Source: the human T2T-CHM13v2.0 reference genome, Homo sapiens. Taken from it: 64,000 nt of DNA. Positions within the stretch are counted from its first letter, which is position 1; each line of letters opens with the position of its first letter. The DNA is taken from NCBI RefSeq assembly GCF_009914755.1, contig NC_060933.1; one strand, written 5' to 3'. A model generated the notes under the pieces. The model searched no databases. It saw nothing but the letters and a program-made list of their open reading frames with translations, and was not told the DNA's origin. Shown here one piece after another: positions 1 through 36,700 of the stretch. Position numbers and translations under genes: made by a program.

Positions 1-1914
1 GAAAACTTATTACAGCAGGTTAATTCACTTTGTTCAACATTTGATCTCAGAGTTTTAGTCCACCAAGTTGAGGCATTTCTCTCAAATGGATTGATTTGAG
101 ACTTCCAGGAAGAAATAGTGTCTGGTTAGTAGTTCCTAAAATGGCTTCTGATGAATTTCCGCTGAAGGAGCAGTGGAGTACATGCCAGTACGAAGGCAAG
201 TAGAAAGAAGAAAGATAAAGAAAACAGGCCTCACCCATTCGCTTTACCTCTTGAATTTAGAAAGGATTTGTTTCCTGCCCTTGGACTTCTGTTAGGTGCC
301 TGGACACTAAGGCCTGAAGGCTCAGTGACAGTTGCTGGTAATGTGCAGAAGATAGGCCATTGTGTAGCAGTTTGCATGCAGGACCCTCATACAGTTGTAC
401 CCTCACACTGTTGTAGCATGGTGCTTTCCTGTCAAAGAGCTGGGAGAAGTCAGGCCAACTGATGGCTATCTAAAAATCATAGTTCCATCTGGCCTGCTCC
501 AGGGGCTCCAGGCTGGGTTTGTGCGGTGGCTGAATAGCCACGGCGCTGCCGGTCTTCATCACGTACCGCTCTCATGAGTGCCCTGCAGAAGTAGTCCAGG
601 ATGCTGTGTAAGCCTCAGGGTCAGCTCGTGGAGTGAGCAGGAGTGTGACTGGGGCTTTATATCAAGGTCACTTGTTACATGTGACTGTTAATGTGTTTGA
701 ACATATGAAGTAAGATAGAAGATATACATACTGATTGCTCTATTAAGAGAGTCACATACACTCTTGAATTATGTGTGGGCTTTTTAAAAAGTTATTTTCC
801 TTCTAAAAGAAACTTTTTCCTGATGATATTAGTAATGTCTGAAAATGACAAAAAATATATATATTTGTCTGAAATTGTACAACCAAAAGAAAAGCATGCT
901 TAACACATAATCTTTTAAAAATAGTCTATTGTGGGAATTTCCTTCACCTTGAGATTATAAATACGTACAGTCTTACGTTTGAATTGTTTAAAACTTTGTT
1001 CGTATTTTTTCCATGTCATTAAGTATTTTTTGAAAGCAACTTGCATTGGATCTCTCATACTGATAGGTATAATTTATTTAACCATTCTTGAACAGGTAAG
1101 CTATTTCTAATTTTTTATTGGCCTTGGTGAGCATAAAAGTTATGTTTACTAAAAGAACAGGCTGTGTTTTAATATTATTTTTTATTCCTGGACTCATGTT
1201 ATGAATTGACAAATGGATAAATTTGTGAAGCATATGAATTTTAAAAATTATTTTAAATCCATTATCTACTTAATGGATTCAACTTTGAATCTTTTAATTT
1301 ACTTTTACCTCTGGTGTTAGTCACTTGGAGGAGCCTTTTAATATACTCGACCCCCCCATACACATAGCGTCATTATATGTCTTATGTTTAATATGTGAGA
1401 CAGCCTTCTGTCTTCATAACACAGGGCATACATTGCAGGCTTACATTTGTTGTCTTTGTAGACATTTTGATGGACTGTTGAACTTTGGTGTGTGCCTAGT
1501 GAATGATGGCTTTTGCATTTACATGGGATCATTGCAGCTTTAAGAATTGTGTGGTGCATCTGTGCCAACTTGTAAAGCTTGTCAGTAGTATGTTAAAGTT
1601 TTTTTAAAAGTTGCCACAATACTATGTGTGGTGTGATTCCATTATGGGAATCCGTATAAAAATATGATACACAAATGTTTATATCATAGGCAAAGAAGTA
1701 GAAGGATACTAATGAAGCTATAGATGTGGGTGGTGTTTTCCTCTAGGGAGTGAGATTTGGTTGAAGGAAGTAATTTAACTTTTCACTTTATGTACTTATA
1801 TATTTGGAAATTTTAATTAGCATATATTTTGCAGATTTTAAGAATGGCAAGGGAAGCTATATTTTAAAATTAAATGATTACTTTGAAATGGAAAGTAACT
1901 GCTTAGGCTTTTTT

Positions 1915-2668
1915 AAAAAAATAGATTTTATGTTCGAGAGCAGTTTTAGGTTCACAGCAAAGTTGAGAGGAAAGTACAGATTTCCCATATGCCCCTTGCC
2001 TGCACACACACACACACACACAGCCTCCTTCATTATCAACATCTTGTGCTAGAGTAATGCATTTGTTACAATTGATGACCTGCATTGACATGTCATCATC
2101 ACCCAAAGCGCATCGTTTGCATTAGGGTTCACTGTTGGTGTTGTGTCTTCTAAGAGTTTGGGGAAATGCATAATGATGTGTGTCTACCATAGTAGTATGG
2201 TACAGAGTGGTTTCACTGCCCTAAAAATCTTCTGTGCTTCACCTGTTTATCCCTTCCTCCCCTCAGCCCCTGCTAACTACTATCTTTTTATTGTCTCCAC
2301 AGTTTTGTCTTTTCTAGAATGTCATATAGTTGGAATCATATAGTATGTAGCCCACATCTTGGCTGCTTCCAAGTTGTGGCAGTTATGAGTAAAGCTGCTA
2401 TAAACATCCATGTGCAGGTTTTTGTGTGGACATAAGTTTTCACCTCCTTTGGATAATTACCAAGGAGTGCAGTGGCTAAATCATATGGTAAGAGTATGGT
2501 TAGTTTTGTAAGGAATTGCTAAACTATTAAATATCTCCCAAAGTGGCTGTAACGTTTTTCATTCTTACCAGCAATGGATAAGGATTTCTGTTGTCAAAGT
2601 GTTCTGGATTTTGATATGTAGTGTTATCTCCTTGTTTTAATTTGCATTTCTCTGATGACATCTAATGT
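1915..2668 (-). mobile_element. Old L1 (L1MC-like) 3' fragment, antisense
   Basis: Typical L1M 3'-end text (agcagttttaggttcacagcaaa, ccaaagtggctgta, ttttaatttgcatttc). Confidence 0.8.
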
Positions 2669-2681
2669 GTTTGCTTTTTAG

Positions 2682-28601
<25,920 letters not shown>

Positions 28602-29399
28602 GAGTTCTTGCCTGTGTGTCTGTATTTTGGGTAAGGAGGGGAGGTCTGAAAAAGACTTTGGGGCTTTTTCTTCTGTTTTTCATGACAATGTAATTTGTGT
28701 AACTGTTGAATCTGGAAATTGATCAGCATTAAAGGGCACATGAAGCAGTGTCTGCAGGCGTTCAGTGCTGCGGAGCCTGTTAAAGGTCACTCAGATGTGC
28801 AGGTGTTAATCTTCTCTAAAAGCCTGGTGATACAGCTCTGGCTTTCTGAGCACACTACGGATCTGGAAAATACTGGAAAATGTGATACTTAGAATACTTT
28901 GGCTGCTAAGGAAACTTCCTCTCCATTGCAGAATAGCTGAGCCAAGTGAGTGAGTTTGCAGAAAGCAGGTGGTGAGCTCCTGCCTGCTGGAGGTTGCCAT
29001 GGAGGGCCATTCCTGCCCGGCAACAGCACCGTCCTGCAGGGAGCCACTTGGCAGAAGGGTGCAGGGCTGCTGGTGTCAGAGCAAGAGGGCTACAGGGAAA
29101 GGGCCCTTTCTCAGGGGATGTAGCTTTTTTAAAAGATTTGGGAACACTTGGAGGATTTGCTAAAATGAGCCTCAGAAGGAAAATTGGTTTTCTAACCTGT
29201 GACTTTTTGAAATGAATTATTCCTTTCAGTCTTTATTTTTCAAAGAAACAATGTGTATTGAAGTACCTAGATTTGTTTGATAATCAACAAATCTTTCCTT
29301 TTTCAATGAACATATTCTGAATGTGGTTTCTGTCTTAGACCAGGAGGACAGAGTTTGCTTTCATATTTTCCCTGTAAGTAAGAGGGCTTATTTATTTTA

Positions 29400-29405
29400 A
29401 ATAAA
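29400..29405 (+). terminator. SECISBP2: Probable main SECISBP2 poly(A) signal AATAAA (further candidates: AATAAA 29522-29527, ATTAAA 28728-28733)
   Basis: Hexamer ~800 nt after the stop, in AT-rich context with U/GU-rich sequence downstream. Confidence 0.65.
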
Positions 29406-30584
29406 GAGTAATTATTAAATTTTGTTTCAGACTCTGGTGATTTTAGGCTTCTCAGTGGTCTCTGTCTTACTTGATGATTCCTATGTCTTAATTTACCTCC
29501 TTTGGACAGTCTGGGCCCTGAAATAAAAGGGGGCCGCGTAGTGGGGGTTCTGCTATCCCCAGCACTCCTAGGTCTGGAAGTAGTGATTGTCAAAGCCTCC
29601 AGCACTGCACAGACCTGCCGGAGCCAGATCCTGGCTCAATCCCAACCTGCACTTGCGTTTTCACCACAGCCAATGGCAGGAAAGAATTTTCACTGCTTTT
29701 TGTATTGTTTTGGCTTTGAAAGTGCTCTTAATTGAATTCAGTCTTGGCAATATTGTACCTCTTGAGAAGCGGCCTGTGATGAGCACATAAAATTGGAATA
29801 GTGAGTCAGAAATGACATGCTATGAGCAGGGCTGGAAATGTGACCAGAGGTTGGTGTATGAAGGCACCGTCTGCCCTGTCATCTGTGGAGCTCACAGTGA
29901 CCAGTGTGAGCCTTGCTGTTCTTTACACGTTCTGAGCTGTTTAGACATGGGAAGTAGATGTGGTCAGCCAGGCCATCAGTAGTCCCAAGCAGCAAGTCAT
30001 CTCCACCCATTTATCTTTCAGGGCAGTCAGCGGGGCCAGCAGGAAAGGAGAGGTCTTTCCTGCTTCCTCCTCCCCTCATCAGTAAGTAAATAGCAAGTTG
30101 TGGTAAGTTTGAAAATAGGAGATTATTTGAGAATGAAAGTTCCAAAATTAATTTGTGGGCAAAAAGACAAAATAGCCTATCAGCTGCACTCAGCAGCTAG
30201 AATTTTAAAATTTGATAAATCAAAAAATTAAAGATCTCCACTAGAGATGAATTCCTCTGCTCAAAGCCCCTTTTTAGAGCTCTCTAGTTCTGTGATATTT
30301 GTTTTGCTAATCCTAAGATAAAAGCAGCTTAAACAGAGTAGGTAGGCTTTTCAACATGTCATGCAGCTGCTGAGAGCTTTCCTTTTCCTGGGATTTAACC
30401 AAACTCTCATCACATGGTTGCCTGGTGATGCTATCATTTTCTTGGCAGTGAAGGACTCCAGCTGAGGCCACTGCTGCAGGTGACTTCAGCTCCCTCAACG
30501 TGCAGATGGTGCCGCATGAAGCACACAGCTCTGGGCCAGGGGCGCCAAGTACAGTCATTTAACTGAACAATGTACAACTCTATT

Positions 30585-30590
30585 TTTATT
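30585..30590 (-). terminator. SEMA4D: Probable poly(A) signal of the distal SEMA4D isoform
   Basis: TTTATT on + strand, ~1.6 kb downstream of the TAG at 32179. Confidence 0.55.
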
Positions 30591-32178
30591 TTTTCCAGCA
30601 GAGCAAAGAAAGACTCAGAAATTCATCCTCATAACTCCATTTCCCAGTAGAACACTCCACATTACGAAAACTTCAAGTATGTAATTATTTTGTTAAGTGT
30701 GAAAGTGCTTGAAATCCAGACTTCAGGAGAAGAGACAGAAAACAGCACCAAGAATATAAGCCTAAAGCCCATAGCATTTCACTCATCAGTTTGTAGTGGT
30801 TGAAGCCACACCCAAAGCAAGAACCACAGTGAGCTGATGGATATTTTACAGGAAAACTTCAGGTTATGAGTATGTGATGGTTCCGTGAGCAAGACTGGCA
30901 TCCTTGGCTGGATGGGCAAGCACACACCTCACAGGCAGCTGGGCCTCTCGACTTGGGGTGCGGAGGGGGAACGTGTGGAGACAACCAGGGTGTCTCCAGC
31001 ATCTTCAGGACACCTGTTGTGATGGATCCTGAAGGAATTAGCAGGCGATGTATGCTGATCCCACACAAAGGCTGGTAGAGAATTTGTCCAGCTCCAGAAA
31101 GAGGGGATGCAAAACAGGTCATTGTCACACTGCTGGGAAGACACTCAGTATTTGCTAGGATCACCAGAGGGGTGCGGCTTGACTTTTAACAGAGGCTTTG
31201 GTTTTATGATAGACATGAAAACTGTCATTCAACAGACAAGAAGAGACGTGTGTGTAAGATTAAAGGCTGAGTAGCTTTAGGACAAGTTCACACACACAGT
31301 GACACAGTCTTCAGAGATACAGCTTTAATAATTAGAGACTTGAAAGCAGGTAGAACAAAACACTCATGAGACTCATTCCATCGTCAAGAAATTTAATATG
31401 GCACCAGGAGATTTGCATAATTGACCTATTTGGCTTTCTGCATCAAGTTTGGTGTCCTGTTGCAGAAGCTGAGCATTGACGGGACAGAGGCATAAACTGC
31501 AGCGCTTGATAAAATAGAGCCCAGTATTCTGAGGTTAGTGAAGAAAACACAAAGACTTGACAGATGCACTCCCAGATCGCATCTCACAGTCATTCAAGGT
31601 TTAGGGCAAGGCATTTCCATGTGGAGTCTCACCTTTTCTTGTCCCAGTCATGCATCTTGGAGTTCCTTGGCTAAGTCTGCAGGGAGGAGAAGCAGCAGGC
31701 TTGATTTGCATCAATAAAAGCAGCGATCTGTGCTGGCCATGCTAACCCTGTTGGCTATTAGGGGGTGGGGGCACTCTGTCAAGGGGAGTCACTGGGACGG
31801 TGTAGGATCAGCCTTCAGAGCCTGCTGCCTGACCGTAGAGGAGGAACCTGCACACACCCTGCTGTTTTAGTTCACGAGCAGCTATCAAAGCCTGTTAGCC
31901 ATCCTGGTTACCTGCTTGTGCCAGACAGAACTTACTGTCCCAGGTAAGCACCTAATTTTTTAAGTCTTAGTTCCTGTCACAGGCCCACTTGGGTTCCAGG
32001 CTTCTCCACTGTCCCGCCTCTGCCCATCAGGTGGTGGCCCAATGGCTGTGTTCAGAGCAGGCTTGGGCAAGACAGTTCACAGTTGTGGGGGACCAGGCCT
32101 TCTCCGGGGGTGGCTGTGGTCAGTGGCAGCAGGGTCTTGTTGGGGTTGAGGTCGGTGTCAGGGACTCCTTCCTGGTGG

Positions 32179-32205
32179 CTACAGGGTGTCCTTGCTACAG
32201 CTTTC
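32179..32205 (-). CDS. SEMA4D: SEMA4D alternative terminal exon coding part (ESCSKDTL*)
   Basis: tctttcag|GAA; TAG stop; isoform totals 738 aa. Confidence 0.82.
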   Translation of the reverse strand, partial: ESCSKDTL

Positions 32206-33206
32206 CTGAAAGAACAATGTGGTCTTTGAATCCTTGGTGGAACGGATGGGCCTTTCCTGCTCTGCAGCCCAGTCTGTCTCATAGCCCATCCCAGGCAGAG
32301 CACTCAAGGCCTCAGCCCCCTGTTGTGGTTCCCCTCCTTGGAGTCTAAAGATCCAAATGCCAGGAGTGGTTCTCCCATATGTGACAGGAAGGCAGAGCAG
32401 CAGCGCATTCACTCCACTCCCAGATTGTGCTGAGAGGCAGGAGGGCTGGAGAGAGGGAGCCTGTGTGTGCTGAAGTACAGAGGATCAGCTGTAAATGCCC
32501 AGCCTTTGGTGGCAACAGTTCGGGGGTGTACTGCTGGCAGCCACGTAACCCACACACTTTAATGCACTCATTTGAGTGCTGCAGACCCCACCGCAGGTGG
32601 TAGCACACAGTGATGAATCCCTGCCTTTGCCTTCTGTATCGGCTATTTAGGAGCCGGGGCTGGACAACTTTGTCTCCGTGGGGAGACAGGGAGCCTCTAG
32701 GGAGCCTCTGCCCCACTGCCTGCAGCTTCCATGCTGTAGCCCAGTTCCTGCCAGGGCTTAGCTCAGGAAGCCACTCCCCCTGACCCCTCCAACAGGTGCC
32801 TCAGGTGAGGCATCCAGCCAGGAGCTACCTGGAGGGTTCCCCATCTGTCCAGGTTTCCTGCCCTCCTCAAAGGAGTGGCTGGCTGAGTGCTCTGTACAGA
32901 GAATGGGGTGGTCGTGGGGGCCCATCTAACTAGACAGCCCCACCTGTGAGTCCCTCCCAGTCTCGCCTCCCTTCAGTCTCTTTTAAGGGCTGGGGCCAGA
33001 TGCCCCTTGATCTCCTGCAGTCTCAGCAACAAGACGTGGGATTTCCCCCCCCAGTGTTGCAGATTTCATAAAGGAAACTGCTCCGGGGCTAAGAGGGAAC
33101 AAGTGGGGTCCATGCTGAATGGGGCCCTTGAAAGATCCACTGGATGTGGCAGGTGCCCTGCCCCTGGCTCCAGCCCTCCTTTCTTTGCCCGGCTGCGGCC
33201 ACTTAC

Positions 33207-33304
33207 CCACGCCTTCCTCCAGCTCTGCATCATCCGGTCGTGCTCCCCAGCCACAGCCCTCCAGGCAGAGAGCTCTCTGGTCCACCTCTCCTGGTGGGTC
33301 ACTT
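33207..33304 (-). CDS. SEMA4D: SEMA4D alternative cassette exon 3 (EVTHQERWTRELSAW...WRKAW)
   Basis: ttttccag|AA ... TGG|gtaagt; 98 nt, phase 1/0. Confidence 0.85.
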
Positions 33305-33517
33305 CTGGAAAACAAGCAGGGTCCCCAGGTCAAAGCTCTGTGGGCCTTTATGGCACCCTTGATGCCCACTGGCCACCTTTCTCAATGGAAAGCCAATAAA
33401 ACCCAAACCCAGAATGCCACCGTGCAAGCATGCTTTCCAGCTGTTTTTTTCACTGCCATTGTAAATAGTGAAAAATTACCTCATAAAAGGGTAACAGTGG
33501 GCATGGGAATCACTTAC

Positions 33518-33727
33518 CAGGTCTCATCACAGCAACCTGCACCTTCGAAGTCTTGTTCCCTGCTGAGGAGAGGACAGAGCAGCGATACTCAGCGCTTTCC
33601 CTGATGGCGTCCTGCAGCCAGCTGAGTGCATGGGCCCTGCCATCGGGCAGTGCATGGGTCTGCACAGGGACACAGGTCTCCAGAGCTCGCCCATTCTTCT
33701 CCCAGACAAAGCGAATGTCTGCAGGAC
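33518..33727 (-). CDS. SEMA4D: SEMA4D alternative cassette exon 2 (GPADIRFVWEKNG...EYRCSV...VMRP)
   Basis: cccag|GT ... CCTG|gtaagt; 210 nt, phase 1/1; Ig-type W and YxC motifs. Confidence 0.88.
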
Positions 33728-36700
33728 CTGGGGACACAGACCGTTTCCACCTCTGAGTCCACATTTAGGACCCAAAGAAGCTGCCCCATGAGGGTGCAGG
33801 GGGGTTACCTCTGCTGTCCCAGTTGGACCTGAAGTGACTTGGGACAACTTCCAATTCAGTCCCTGGGACTGCCCTGGAGGTGGCTTCCCCATGGCCAGCG
33901 GGAGCCTTGGCCTTGGCCCGTCCTGTGGACTTCCTGCTCTTTGACCTTAATTGCCATTTTTCAAAGCACACCTGTGTGGCCTGTGTCCCCTAGGACCCCC
34001 TTTCTTGCAGCGCTGTGCTGGTTTCTTACAGAATGGTTCTGGGCCTTGGAACAGCATCCCACCCCACCATGGCCCTGCTGCCACACACATGTCCTGTGAC
34101 CACATGGACAGAGACATCCCAAGGCTCTGCCATCACCAGGGCCACAGCATGGAGAGGCCCAGAGCTCGGCCAGCTGTGTGCAGAGGGGGCTGGGCCAGAG
34201 TGGGGACCATGAGGGCCTGTCTCTCCAATTGAGACACTGGGGTGGGCTTGGAGGGGAGTAGATGCCACAGGCTGGAGAGCTCAGACCCTGGCAGGGGCCA
34301 GGCCCTGCAGAATTACACTAGGACTGCCGAGTGCAGCACATCCAGGATGGGCTTCCAGCCTTGAGCATGGACTCTGGGCCCGACATTGGCCACTTCTGCC
34401 GCAAACCTCTGTTGTTTTTCTCTGGGCTTTTGATCTTAATTACTTATTGAAGAAAGTAGAGAGGCCAGTTACTTCACACACACTCAGACCATCTGTTGCA
34501 ACCTGCCAGGGTGGAGCCTGGCTGGCCTCAGCTTGTCTGATGGAGAGATCAGGAGGGTGGGCGAGGCAGAGACGTTCCCCTGTGGCCCAGGCTGCCTCGC
34601 CTGGGGAGGCCAGCCTCATCCCAGGGCAAGAAGTCTGCGCGGCCAACCCTGAGGGCTACTCCTAGACACTATTTGTTCCAGGTGGCTGGGGTGGGGCTGT
34701 GAAAACCAGAATGTTGGGGGTTTTGGGCGGGGGGGAGGGGCACAAGTAAGTTCTGGTCAGCAGGTCACCTCCCGGCCTTCCTTGCTCGTGAAGTCTGTTG
34801 GCCCTCCAGGGGCTGCTGGCCATGTTGGGACAGGCTCAACTCCCTGTTCTTACTGAAGGAAAAACAAGCACATCCATTTTGATCTGCTTCGCACACTGGC
34901 TTCCACTCAAATGCAGAAAGGGCTGAGGGGGGCCACAGTCCCACTAAGCTCCAGCCCCAGAGCGTACAGACCCTGGAGTTGAGCTGGGAGGGCCAGGCCA
35001 GGCCCTGGAGGGCAGGTGAGGGGGTGCAGGTGCTCCTTCTGTCTCTGAAGCTCCTGCTTGTGGTGGGGCTGGGGAGGCCGGCCAGCCTACTCTGCTGCTT
35101 CTGTCTCCCTCAGGCACAGCCTGCATCAGGCCAGGCACCCCAGCAGCGTGGACTGGGGTGACACCCACCTGCTGCCTAGCGACCCGGCTCCCTGACCAGC
35201 ACCTGCCCTTCCTCGAGGCCCACCAAGGCCCCCAAATGGGCCATGGGCCACCTAGACCAGTGCCGGCCATGGCCTCTGCTTGACCATGACACCTCGTAAG
35301 AATTGGTCTTTAGAAGTTAGATTTGCCCTAGATGTCCATCAACCTCACAATGACAAAATGAAGTGTGGCTTCATGGAGAATGCTTAGTAGTGAAAAGGAA
35401 GGAGTTCAGAACACTGAGCAGGTAAAACAAATTCCAGAGCCAAAAGAGTCCAAAGTACCTGCACACACAAAAACTGGCCTTGTTCTCAGGTGTAGGGGCA
35501 GAGGTGCATCCAGTTACAGGTATTAAATGGTGTGGGTGGACCCACGCTCCCCTCCCTGGGCAGGACAGTAGTGGCCAGAGAGCTTTCCATTTCTGTGGCA
35601 CATGCTGGACTTTTGAAAAGAAGAGATCGCCAGTTTAATGAAGCTGACTTTAGTAATGCATTTTCCCTGCTTTACTGACTGTGGCATCTGCTCATCTTTG
35701 TCCGGTCTCTTGGTCAACAATTCCCCACTGTCCAGGATCACCAGAGAATGCTCCTCCCAAGGACTTGACCAAGCTCAGACCCTTTAGCTGGGCAGTCCTA
35801 GGAATGAGTCCCGAGGCAAGGATGGGCCCAGTGAAGCCCTGTTTCTATCAGTGAGGAGTTGGGAAATGTCCAAGAAGGGGGCCACAAGTCACTCATTCGA
35901 AGTGCCATCGAAGAATATTCAGCAACACAGAAAAATAAGTGAAACAATATCTAGGAATGTGTGCATATATGTACACACCCATGTATACATGTGTGAACGT
36001 AGATAGTCATGGCCCAAAAATGGCTGGGATGCTGGTGGTAACTACCTCTGGATGGTTAAATTTGGGATTGTTTAAATTTTTTCTTTATACTTCCCTGGAG
36101 TTTCCAAACTTATAACAAACAAGCATTGCTTTTATAATAATAATTTTTTATAAAAGTGTTACTTTGAAGGAAACATTCTGTAAACTCAAGGAAATTCAGA
36201 AGGTGCTCCAAAACTGTTTTGCCTGGCGGCCCATCTGGCCCTGGCCTGGTGGACAAGCCCTTGTGAACAGGTTTGGTTTTTGTGCAGAATTTAAAAAAAA
36301 ACAAAACTTAACACTCTATAATTTGTTTTTTCCCACTCAAAATGTTTTGGACTCTGGCCACAGATAATTCCATGTATCTATCTACAAATATAAGTACATA
36401 TTACATAGATGTACAAACATATGTCTCTATGTACATCTAGGTGCCCATCAACTGGGGAATAGATATTCCCTTTCCCAGCTGATGGGCATCCAGGTAAAAT
36501 CTCATTTTAAGAAACAGATTTTTTTGAGCTGTTATGATCAAGTAACACTTTTCTTTGAACAGACAGTGAAGTGAGTTCTATAAAAGCCCGGTCTCCTCCC
36601 TCATGTGACCTGCACCAAGAACCACCCAGGGGACTGGAGTCACTGAGTCACAGGAGCCTCTGGAAGGTTCTCATGACCAAGCCCTTGAGACTAAGAATCT

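Noticed and set aside
28682-28723. First ATGA...AA...TGAT SECIS-like pattern in the SECISBP2 3'UTR
   Set aside because: The strands next to the putative core do not pair into helix II.
32182-32193. C-terminal KDTL as an ER-retention signal
   Set aside because: It lacks the Glu at -2 of KDEL-type signals; cannot be supported without a trafficking assay.
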